A DNA stretch of 36,879 nt from positions 40,833,239-40,870,117 of the forward strand of contig NC_057719.1 in NCBI RefSeq assembly GCF_004010195.1. The letters run 5' to 3'. Below, piece after piece: positions 22,150 to 32,843 of this stretch. The translations under genes were made by a program, and so were the position numbers. The DNA is from Chiloscyllium plagiosum (Eukaryota). The notes beneath the pieces are model-generated. The model had not been told where the DNA came from. It searched no databases and saw nothing but the letters and a program-made list of their open reading frames with translations. The number at the start of each line of letters is the position of its first letter. Within the stretch, counting starts at the first letter, position 1.

Positions 22150-22650
22150 GGGAAGTGATAGAATATTCTCCCCTGTCTGGATGAGTGTAGATCCACCAAC
22201 ACTCATGAATCGCAACACTACCCAAGCCACAACCAGCATCCCATCCACTACTTTAAGCATTCACACTCTCCTCCTCCACCGTGCACTGTGGGAGCAGCAC
22301 GTAAAATCCTCAAAATGTAGTTCAGCAAGGCTCTTTTCAGCAGTCCCTTCCAAACTTGCAATCTCAACAATCAAGAAATATAAGGACAGGATGGGAACAT
22401 CAATACCAATGGCAAGTTCCCCTTCAGGTTACACAGCATCCTGACTTGTAATTGCTATTCCTTTATTGTCACTGAATCAAAACCTTGGATCTCAATGCCT
22501 CGCAGTATTATGGTTGCACTTGCAGGTGGGTTGCGGTAGATCAAGATGGTAGCTTACCAGCACTTTCTCAGAGCAAGTAGAGACGGACAATAAATGCTGA
22601 TCTTTTAAGCAAAATCTTCACTTCTCAAGAATGAATGTTAAAAATGAATA
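22150..22650 (+). mobile_element. L2/CR1-like LINE 3' fragment
   Basis: Homologous to the reverse complement of 14860-15330 (aagttccccttc...catcctgactt, gcaagtagagacggacaataaatgctg tail). Confidence 0.75.
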
Positions 22651-25159
22651 GTAAGTAGGTCAAAAGATCAAGGCAACTACATTAAAGAACACAGATTTAT
22701 AAAGACAATTCTAAATGTTACGTTACATATGTAATTCTCATTTAAGATGCATCAAAGTTGCAGGTATGCAAATTTCAGCACAATTCTGACATTTAGACTT
22801 TCATTGGATGATTTATATTAATACTGATGCAAATTGCAGGTTAATGTTATGAAATGCATGAGAAAGGTGACCTTCATGAATTTAACGTGCAGAAGAAATA
22901 TTGTTGAGTAATTTTCAACAGGTTAAAAATAAAGTATTGCTCTGAACAGTTTGCTGAAGTGAAATCATCAAAGCACCAATTAGCTCTATTGTTTTTTGAT
23001 TTTTAAATGAAAATCTCATGAAAATGTTCATAACCTTGTTCGTATAAAAACTATACAAATATTGTAACATTATACTGACAAGCTGTTGGAACAAATGTGG
23101 TAAACTCCTAGGATATTACTGTTGAATAATAGCAGGTGAAACAACTTTAGATATTTTCAGATTTCAAAAGGATATGAAATAATCTGCTTGATTTTGTAAC
23201 ACAAACAATTGTACAGCCCATTAGCTCGCAACATGCAACATGTTGACAAGGTACCTTTTTTCTTCTTAGTGTAGGTAGTATTTCAAAACAATTTATTGTG
23301 GAATATATCCCATCTGAAGTCAATAGCAGTGACAGCAGAATGCAGCCTACATAATGTTAAACCGTATAGCAGTCACTGACACTTGATGGGTCAGTGATAA
23401 GCATTTGGTCATTAGGATCAACCATGAAATGCCTCCTATATAATTGAGGTTACTCAAAAGAACAGATACCATATCAGCTTTAGCTGTGGGGGCACAGCTT
23501 GCAGATGCTCAATGTACTGATTGTTCTGTGACTGAGCATATGATTAGTGTATTGAGGCAGTATGTTCCTAATGAAATGGCAGCAAAATGCATATCAGTAA
23601 CACCAATGCTGAAAAATGACTAATGTGGTGTTCTTCAGTGCATTTCACTGCTCAATTAGTGCCTATAAACTGTGCTTGAGGCATTAATTTGTTTTAACTC
23701 TAATGATCAGATGGGTTCTAGCTAAACATTGCTAGGAAAGCAATCTTATTCTTTTTGCTCATTAATTTTTCTCATGCCTCATTTCTATATTGAAACGGGT
23801 GTCCAGTGATTTAGAACTGTTCTGGTGTGTCTTGGATCTATCTTAATTAGTTTGTTACTGCAGTGATGTCATATTATCTGTTTATTAAGAGAACATCGTT
23901 GCATCGATAGGGCAGTTGAGTGGAAGATCCAGAAATCCGAAGTAGGTTATCTATGAAGGTAGTCCAGCCAGCCTTTGGATCAGTAGACTGCTGACATCCT
24001 GCTATCATTTCAACTGGCAGATGGAAAAATTGAGGTGTGGTTTGGGGCTGGAGGTGCTGTCACCAGCAAAACTGGAGAGCTCATGCTGTTGCAGCTGGTT
24101 CCACAATAATAAACAGAATGGTGATCATGTTGAATAAAAACAAAATATTGTAGATACTGGAAACTGCAAATAGAATTTGCTTCTCTTGATGATCACATTT
24201 GTTGAACTCCATAGGCATTCTTCCAACTCGGTAAAAATAAGGACAATGTGTTATAAAGGAAGCGGTTAAGAAAAATGCATTTTTGCAATGTAGTACACAA
24301 AAGATATAATACTTTTGCTTGGCTTGAAGTGTTCTCAAAGCCCTTTATGATCAGCACTGTTGAATCTTTGAGGAGAAAATTTGTGTCGCTTTGTGTTAAA
24401 CTTTGATGTTGAGAGGTAACCATAGAAACAGGTATACATTATCCATTTCCCTGCATTCCAATGTGATGCATAGAATTCAGTGTTTGCTATTATAAGAGAA
24501 TTATATAAATTATGCTGTGACTTGTCTACACTTAAAATGTGTGTTAGTGATTGGACATTTTGAAGCAAGAAAGAAATATCGTAGAATCTGAGGAAAATCT
24601 GAATTAATTTTTACTAAAGGCTGCAATTTACACTACATTATTCACATGAGAAAAAGTGACAGCAGCGTAATGTTACAAACAAGTTATGCTTGTGATGGTT
24701 TACTTTGAAAGCTAAAGGTCACCTATTTGTATTGAAATGAGACAAAAATTAGGTGATAATGGGCTAGCTAGTCATATTGAATTCGCACTAATGGAAATGG
24801 CTGTGGGCTGCCTGGTCAGATAGGGTCAGCAACTAATAACTCAATTCTACATGACTGAAATACTTCCCAAAAGACATGAAAGGATGTTTATTCATCTTGC
24901 TGAAGCATTTAAAGATGAGAAAATAATGTATAAATTAATCTCAGAGTGTAAGTAGGAACAAAGCATCACAGATAGAAGTGACCAGCTTGCTCTGCACTTG
25001 AACATTGTGGTACGGGTCATGATTATTTTGTGACAAGTGCTTGTGGAGTGATATAACCTACAAAGGTCTTTCCAAAATATTTAATTGTAAATACCTAAGC
25101 ACTGGACTTTTCTTTTGAAAATCCTTAGGGTAGAGTTAAATAAGCCATTAGCATATGGT

Positions 25160-25450
25160 ACAATGTTATGACCCATTGATATTAGCAGTTTCTAACTGCT
25201 GTCACTGCTTCTGTCAGTAGCACAATCTGAACCAGTCTGACTAAGTTCCCTCTGACTGGCAGAAACAGGTATGTAGCAACCTGAATGCAATATCGGATCA
25301 CTTCATCACAATGTTATGACCCATTAATGTTAGCAGTTTCTAACTGCTGACACAGCTTCTGTTAGTAACAAACTCTGAACCAGTCTCACTAAGTTCCCTC
25401 TGACTGCAGAAACAAGTAGCAACCTGAATGCAATCTTAGATCACTTCTTT
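25160..25450. repeat. Two-copy tandem duplication, unit ~148 bp
   Basis: acaatgttatgacccatt...gatcacttc starts at 25160 and again at 25308, with scattered substitutions and small indels. Confidence 0.95.
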
Positions 25451-26823
25451 CCCCACTTACATTACCACACTCTGCCATCTTGACCAGGTTTTGAACGGGC
25501 AGCCAGTGCATACAGCTGTTTCAGGCAAGATGGGGAGTGACACAGATTGACTATTTGTAAGATGTGAATCAGAGTCCAGTCCACCTATTGTACTGAGCAT
25601 CAGTGTCCTAACTAGTGCTATTTGGTGGGTCACAGTGAGATGCTTTTCGGCTCTCACAACTCAGTCCCACACGTCAGACAGACTTGGACCTTACTCTGGG
25701 GAGAGCAGACTGCTGTCTATCTGTTTTCTACCAGTAGTTTAATTACCCTAAAATGGGAATATCATAACTCAGCAACCATCTAATAGGAAGTGCCAATGTG
25801 TTATAAAAGTTAAAGCCATTGCTTCCTGGTTGAAATTCAGTCATCCACATATGCTGCCAGGCTATTTAGCAGCAGAAAGTGGACAGGGTGTGTGAAAAGG
25901 GGGAAATTGGTGAGGGAGGTTGTTGGCTATCAGCCAGTGGCATGACTTGTGGCTTATTTTGCCTTTTTTTAGCCCAAGAAGGTGGAGGTCAGTTATGCTG
26001 TTCCAATGCCTTCCAATCATGTTCAACAAAGTGAACATTTTCAACAGTTTTCTTAGCTCTTGCTATGCCTCTGTTTCCTGATGGCAGTTGAGATACAGAG
26101 ATTAATTTAGTTACTCTTAACCGAACCCTCCATTTTATGGCACAATGAGATTTACAGTAAATCCATTTTTATTAGATTCTTACTTTAATCAATTCTCATC
26201 TTTTTTTGGCTAATTTGAAAGGAAAATGCCTGTCTGTTTAATATAATTAGCTGTAATCTAAATGGAGCTTAAATCCTGTTCTCAATCATGCAAGTGCATT
26301 GTGTAGTAATAGATGTATTAAGATGAGGAAGCAGGCATCTGTTAGCAAAAGAAAGAGGTCAGATTAATTTAGTTCTGGTTGGTTTAGCATGTTCTCAGCA
26401 CCATTGAAACTTCCATCACATCACTATTTGCTAAAAGTGATATTGCCTGCATGATAATTGTACTGCAAAGCAAGAATCTCAAAAAGCAATAGTCCAAAAT
26501 TTTTCCAGGTAAGTATATAATGGAGATGCATACCAATTATCAACAAAAAGGTTTAGTTTTAAAATTGTGCAGTAGCTTAGTGCTCATGTACTCACATTTT
26601 TGCAAAGTTTATTTTGACTTCTCATTATTTTTATAGCCCTGGCATCAACTAGCAAATCTTGCATTTCATACCAGTTAAATTATTCTGATATACTTGTTGC
26701 AAATGGAGGTCAGGACATGAACATTTTTAGCATGATGTGTTGTGCTCAAGGGAGAGAAGCATGAACTGTATCAGCAAGTCCTAAATAGTAACAGGATCAA
26801 CACTGAATGGATTATTCTAATTT

Positions 26824-26950
26824 CCTGATGAAGGACCCTTGCCCGAAACTTCAATTCTCCTGCTCCTCGGATGCTGCCTGATCTGCAGTGCTTTTCCAGC
26901 ACCACACTCTGGACTCTGATCTCCAGCATTTGCAGTCCTCACTTTCTCCC
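26824..26950 (+). mobile_element. Solo PLE terminal repeat, damaged hammerhead
   Basis: CUGAUGA-A-GGAC-CCUU-GCCC-GAAAC-UUC at 26825-26852. TSD t(a/g)ttctaattt at 26813-26823 and 26951-26961. Confidence 0.85.
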
Positions 26951-26981
26951 TGTTCTAATTTTTTGACAAACCAACAAAAAA

Positions 26982-27263
26982 GGGCAGCATGGTGGCTCGG
27001 TGCTTAGCTGTGCTGCCTCACAGAACTAGGGAACCAGGCTCATTTCTAGCCTTGAGTGACTGTGTGGAGTTGGCATGTTCTCCCTGTGTTTGCATGGGTT
27101 TCCATTATTTGTTCTGGTTTCCTCCCACAGTCCAGGGATGTGTAGGCTAGCTAGATTAATAACATGTGGAGATAAGATGTGTCTGGGTGCAATGCTGTTC
27201 ACTAGGTTGTTGCAGACCTGATGGGCTGAATGGCCTCTATCTGCAATGAATGGAATCTATGAT
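26982..27263 (+). mobile_element. Older HE1/V-SINE-type SINE
   Basis: gggcagcatggtggctcggtgcttagc...gtggagttggcatgttctccctgtgtttgcatgggtttcc...tctggtttcctcccacagtcc is homologous to the 21621 element and has a CR1-like tail. Confidence 0.82.
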
Positions 27264-27403
27264 TGACTCGTTTTATGCCTTTCCCAGAAGCCCTCCATGC
27301 AAGTTTTATCTTACAGTACTAAAAAATTAATATGTTTTTAAAAATATGTAGTAGTTCAATTGATAAATACATTAAGAACATAAACTGACTGAGTCGAATC
27401 ATT

Positions 27404-28912
27404 GGGGCTGAATTTTACATTTTTTGACCAAAGGTGAGTTGAATTGAGTTTTTGGAGGGATTGTAGTTGCAAAATCTGTCATCATATTTTACCAAATGAA
27501 CCTCATTGAATAGCTACCACGCCCCTATGGCATTCTGTCACATCTGATTTCCATCCCATCTTACCACACACAATCCCAGAGCAACTTACCATATGGCAGA
27601 TATCAGCCAAACGATTGGTAGCCCTTGTGCCTGTGCTATCTTTAAAATCCCATGACGCACCTGGACAAGCGCTGTCAATCTGGACCTGCCTTGAGTGGTT
27701 CTTGACATTTACTCCAGATATGGCAGGAATGGGACGTGCATCAGCACCCTGCTTTGCAGACATAGTGGGAACTTCTTCCTCCCCCAGGACCAGCAGTGCA
27801 GGCTACCATGCCAGACCGTGTCAGCCTGGTGCTAGGTTGTCCCCTGGGTTAAAGCAGTCTCAGTTGTCTGGAGGAATATCCAGCAATTTCGGAAGAAGGT
27901 CAATGACTATAGCCCACCCCCAACCTACAGCATGACTAACCCTGCATGCCTTCTGCCAGCTTGGCATATCTCTCTACCTGAAGCAATGTCAGTGTCACTC
28001 AATTTCATCACCCGTAATACCTACCTCTCTATCATTCTGTGAGGAATCAGCAGAGAACTGGACAGAAAGACTCTGGGATTGTGCTGTGCTGTCCTATTCA
28101 GATCTTCATTCATTCTAAGGTTCTACTCTGCCCAATTGAAGCAGGACCTGGACTGGTTTTGGAGGCTGCTCTTCACTTACTGTACCAGGAAGCCCTGAGT
28201 GAAAGCTATCTCCCCTTTATTTGATTGAGGTTTGCTGATAGCCATGACAAGTGTCCTGGCTTTGTGTCTGCACTGGGAGGGGGGAGGATCAAAGTGCAAA
28301 AAAGGCAGGAATACTGTGAGGATCCAGACTGGCTCAGAGTGAGTGAGTGCTATGGCATCAAGTGAAGAGACTGGTAATGCAGCCTGGTCCAGCCCATGAA
28401 TCGAGTGAGCTTATGCAGTGTCTTTGGTGAAGCTAAACAGTGAGAGCTGCCGGTGCAGCCCAAGGATGTAAGTGAATTGCAAAGTGTTCTATAAGTGGAT
28501 CATAAATGTGCCATGAGGGCTTTTAGAGTTTGGCCATTATTGGATGTCAATATCTGTGGAAAGTGACTGCATGTGATTGCAGCTTGTTGTAAAATGTTGA
28601 TGATCTGGAGCTGAAGTTGCCAGCTGCTTGCTCTGGATTCCTTATTGGGCTTTCCCAATGGCGACATTGTTTGGTGAGATCAGAAGCTCAATGAGGCAAG
28701 TAGAGCTGTTAACAAACCATTTTGCAGCTAATAATCATCCTCAGTCAGTGTGGCACTTGCCTGTTGCCTAGTGAGAGTTACCGTACTGCTTGTGAAAGGC
28801 ATAAAAACTGGAGCAAATTATTGCCAATATCAATTTAGGGCCTCGTTGCATTTGCTGCCTGATTCTGCCACACATCTCACTATGTTACTCAGTCCCCTAT
28901 AAGATTCCAACC
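27404..28912 (+). mobile_element. Decayed PIF/Harbinger-type DNA transposon with Myb/SANT-like gene remnant at 27720-27910
   Basis: MAGMGRASAPCFAD (27720), then frameshifted FLPQDQQCRLPCQTVSAWC*VVPWVKAVSVVWRNIQQFRKKVND, which fits the AW..VA..V...R...QCRKK.NDL Myb/SANT-like pattern. Imperfect termini gggctgaattttac / ataagattccaacc (9/14). Confidence 0.65.
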
Positions 28913-29168
28913 TGGCTTTGCTAAATTTGGTCATCTCAGTTCGGGAAATGCTTGGAGTGCTATGGTTGCCTCAGTGATTGGTACTCTCTCTCACATTCAA
29001 TAAGCTAGCATTCCTGTTCCTGATTGTGGTCTAGTGGCTCCTGCTAGAATGTGTGAACATGTTTTAAAAATAACACACATGGGTAACAAATATCTTAATG
29101 TTTCTGTCTTTAAAGCTTTGAAAACTTGCATAAGTTGCTTAAATTTTGCAGAGGTTAATTGTAATGAA

Positions 29169-29296
29169 GGAGAAAGTGAGGTCTGCAGATGCTGGAGATC
29201 AAAGTTGAAACTTTATTGCTGGAACAGCACAGCAGGTCAGGCAGCATCCAGGGAACAGGAGATTCGACGTTTCGGGCACAGGCCCTTCTTCAGGAA
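29169..29296 (-). mobile_element. Solo 128-bp PLE terminal repeat with perfect 13-bp TSD
   Basis: TSD taattgtaatgaa at 29156-29168 and 29297-29309. Homologous to the 12093, 21957, 26824, 30536 and 36640 elements. Confidence 0.92.
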
Positions 29297-29297
29297 T
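29262..29297 (-). ncRNA. Minimal hammerhead ribozyme, fully intact
   Basis: Reverse complement: AUUC-CUGAAGA-A-GGGC-CUGU-GCCC-GAAAC-GUC-GAAU. Stem I AUUC/GAAU, CUGANGA core, 4-bp stem II, GAAA, GUC cleavage triplet. Confidence 0.85.
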
Positions 29298-29310
29298 AAT
29301 TGTAATGAAC

Positions 29311-29436
29311 CATAGAATCCCTAGAGTGTGGACAGAGACCATTTGGCCATCAAGTGTGCCCCAACTCTCCAAAGAGCATCCCATCCAGACACAGCACCCC
29401 ACACTTAGCATGGCTAATCCACCCAACCTGCACATC
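29311..29436 (-). mobile_element. HE1-type SINE 3' fragment
   Basis: catagaatccctagagtgtgg...ttagcatggctaatccacccaacctgcacatc aligns to 21630-21760. Confidence 0.7.
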
Positions 29437-30535
29437 AGAGCTCCCAGAGGAACCTCAATCTTAAAGTTTAAAAATTCAGCTTTGCAATGCATGTTAATGC
29501 AGGACAGTATTACATGTTGTTGTCCAGATATTCACTTAAAATATTGAGTTTTGACACCTGACAAGATTCCAGTTTGTCTACAATTTTACTGTTTTCAAGG
29601 CAATTGGAGCACTTGATTTTACTGCAGAGAAAACTGTGGGCATTGTACTTACATTTTTATGATGTGTCTGACAGGTTGCTCAAGCTTCATCCCAGCACTA
29701 CAATTTTGTAATGTTAGCCGATACATCTTCTCATCTCTGTCCTTCTGTTGTCAGCAGTACTATCTAATCTTTTGTTTTGTCATTAGCATTTCAGTAGAAC
29801 ACATTTTCTGCCAATTTATTGTGATCCTGCATAACCAATTCATATCAAAAAGTGTAAAATTGAGATTTGATGTGTCTATTTATATTTTAGTAGATTTAGC
29901 TTGAAATTCCATCTCACATGTATTTCAAGTTATATTAGTTACATTAAAGTGAAAATATTCTGACAACTAGAACATACCACATTTGTTTTGCATTGATACC
30001 TTAGTGGTTTTAGTTGATATATTTTAAATATGTCTTTATCAATTTTTCTATCTGTCAAAACATTTATAGTTGTGGTAAGTATTGGTAGGTTTATTCTTCG
30101 TATTGAGGACCCTTAATTTGCATTCTTCCTTTGTGAATAGTTAATGAATAGTGAAACTTGCCTAATAGATACCATTGTAGGAAAAGGATGGAGTTCAATT
30201 TAGCCATGGAATTGTTGTGAATGGGCCCAATAGTTAATTACATGCCATCTCTGATGTTGTGAGCTCATGGATACCTTGCCATCTTAGTGCTGCTCATGCT
30301 ATTCAGAGCCTAAAGCCTGTTTCAGAGGCATTCAGAATCTGTTGCCCTGAATGGATCGGGTCTTGACTGGTCTGCTTTTGTTTTTCAGGAGACCATTCTG
30401 CTTAGACAGTGGTTGTCAACTAAAATGTCAGTTAAATAGAAATCCTCTGGAGCTGGAATGAGGAAAAGTACTTCTGCCAGATCTGCTGCATTCCTGATAA
30501 CTGCTATAATCATCACTTAGCCTCCTTCAGTTATA

Positions 30536-30768
30536 AAGTCAAGATTAGAGTGGTGCTAGAAAAGCACAGCAGGTCAGGCAGCATCCGAGGAGCAGGAAAA
30601 ATCAACGTTTTGGGCAAAAGCCCTTCATCAGTTCATTCCTGATGGAAGGGCTTTTGCCCAAAACGTTAATTTTTCCTGCTTCTCAGATGCTGCCTGACCT
30701 GCTGTACTTTTCCAGCACCACTCTAATCTTGACACTGATCTCCAACATCTGCAGTATCCACTTGTGCT
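30536..30768. mobile_element. Palindromic head-to-head PLE terminal-repeat insertion with 13-bp TSD
   Basis: Arms 30538-30631 and 30639-30733 are reverse complements around the spacer ttcattc. TSD tccttcagttata at 30523-30535 and 30769-30781. Confidence 0.92.
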
Positions 30769-32809
30769 TCCTTCAGTTATACCCTCCTGCCTCAATCAGG
30801 CCCCCACCCTGGCATTTACCTGAGGGCAGCTGATCCGTGATTTGTTGTAATGGGTGAGGGGTTTGTGGAGCTGTGACAGGTGGCAGCAGCTTGTCAGATT
30901 AGACCCGAGGCTCAATGTCAAATATACGTCAGGCCTGTTTGCATTGGGTTAAATCTAGACCGAAAAATGCATCCTGGCAAATTTCTTCTTCATTATGCAT
31001 TAATCATTTATCAAAAAAAAATGTTTGTGGACATCTTTAAGAAGGTGCAGCTCTTCTACGCACAGGTGTGTGTTTTCATTTTTATGAATAATTGTAAGGC
31101 AAAATTAGTTTTTAATTATGGTAATAAACAAAGAGTTTTACACCCTGGAACCAATAGTCACAAAACATACATCTGTCCTTTGTATGTTTCATTATTACAA
31201 TTGCTAAATCAAATTAATCAAATCTCTGTTAACATTTCACTGGAAATGTATGCCTTTCAAAAATTCCGCTGTGGAAAAATAACATCAACAAAAATACCGC
31301 TCAGATCAAATACATAACACTCTGCTCCATTCTGTGGAGCTGTAAGTCAATAGTAGAAACAAAAAAAAAGCAAGTTTGAATTAGTCTTTTACATTTTGAT
31401 CTTCATTTTGGTTGTTTCAGTGTAAACATATATACCAAATTATTCTATCACTATCTTTAAGTTTTCTGTAATCCTGTCACTGTTTCAAGTTATTTTTGAC
31501 AATTTATTTTTAACTTACTGTGTGGGTATTCTCACTTTTGTTTGGCTCTCTATTTAGGTCCTCCCTCTCCAAGATTAATTTCCAATCATTGCTTTCATGT
31601 GACTTTTAACCTCACTGGTGACTAGCACTTAACTTAAAAAAAAGCATAAGCATTCAGTAAGATAAGAGCTAATATATAAGTAACCTAAGTTGGAAGTGAG
31701 CAAAAACCAAAAGGAACAAGTATGGATAAAAGAGGAGCTGGCTGTATGGGGATCCAGTTTGGTGGAAACTGAACGCTCAGGCTGTATTCTGAGTGAAAAA
31801 TTAGGGTAGGTCCTCCCAAACTGTGGGTCAGCCCCCCGGTGAAACAGTAAGATGAGATTTTGAGGCTAGGAGATCCAGGTTGTTGTGGAGCCTCGATTGG
31901 TCTCAGAGCTCCAGGGTTCCTTTAAATACTTATTTCTTTTGCTGGTGGATGCGGTTTAATGGGCCATTGTCTGAGGTCTGATTGCTGTTGCATAAAATGC
32001 CTTTTATTGGAAACCCTGTCTTTTCACCGCTATGACCCCTCACAATAATTCACTTGCCTAGCTAATTTTCATTCTGGGACTCAAAGTATAAGGCTTTAAA
32101 ATGGGATCACATAGAGATTAAAGTGGGGAGCATTGGATTAAGCTCTGGTCAGTATGTGGGGATCAAGATGAAGAGGACTAAGGCTGTTGAAGGAGCTCAG
32201 TCCTGGGAGTTCTTCATTGGGAGGTGGGGGTGAGGAATAGGCTTTTCTAAAATTAAGAGGTTTGGCATTGCAAATCTCATTTCAATACTCGCATACAGTT
32301 TGAAGATATATACACCAACATTTTGAGGTAGTTTCATTTTCACCATTGAAATTACACATTACAAAATATTATGTATAATGTGCATGTTCATTGCACATGT
32401 GCTGTGTCTTTTGTATGGATTTAGGTTTTAGATTCAAATGAAATGCACTGTGTCCCAAAATGAAAATCTTGAATTGAATTCTTAGTGCAGATTGGATTAT
32501 TTAGTAAATGTTGTCCAGTAGCAAAACACTATCTAGTGCTTGATGTAATGTTCTTAATTTTGAAAGCATGGGCTCATTTAGCGCAGTCAGTACAGTACAG
32601 CCTTAGTGTTTGCTGTTCAACAATTGATCAGAAATAGCTGATAACATTGCATATGTTTCCTTTCATTAAATTTATTCAGCTCTGCAATTATCTCTAGTCT
32701 CCAGGCAATTGCACAAACTGCAAGGTCATAAAGTCACTCTTGCAAAATTAATATCAATAATGTATTGAATTTGGTTAGGCATATTGTGCAAGTGGCGTCA
32801 TTCTATTTG

Positions 32810-32843
32810 TGCAGCTTCACATTTTTGCCACCAGATGGTGTTT
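32810..32843 (+). promoter_or_regulatory. Candidate CTCF binding site (core plus upstream motif)
   Basis: Core TTGCCACCAGATGGTGTTT (32825-32843) versus consensus TGGCCACCAGRKGGCRCTR, preceded by TGCAGCTTC (32810-32818) with a 6-nt spacer. Confidence 0.6.

Noticed and set aside
30880..31317. 145-aa ORF
   Set aside because: It has a GTG start, no recognisable domain or splice context, and low-complexity AT-rich codons.
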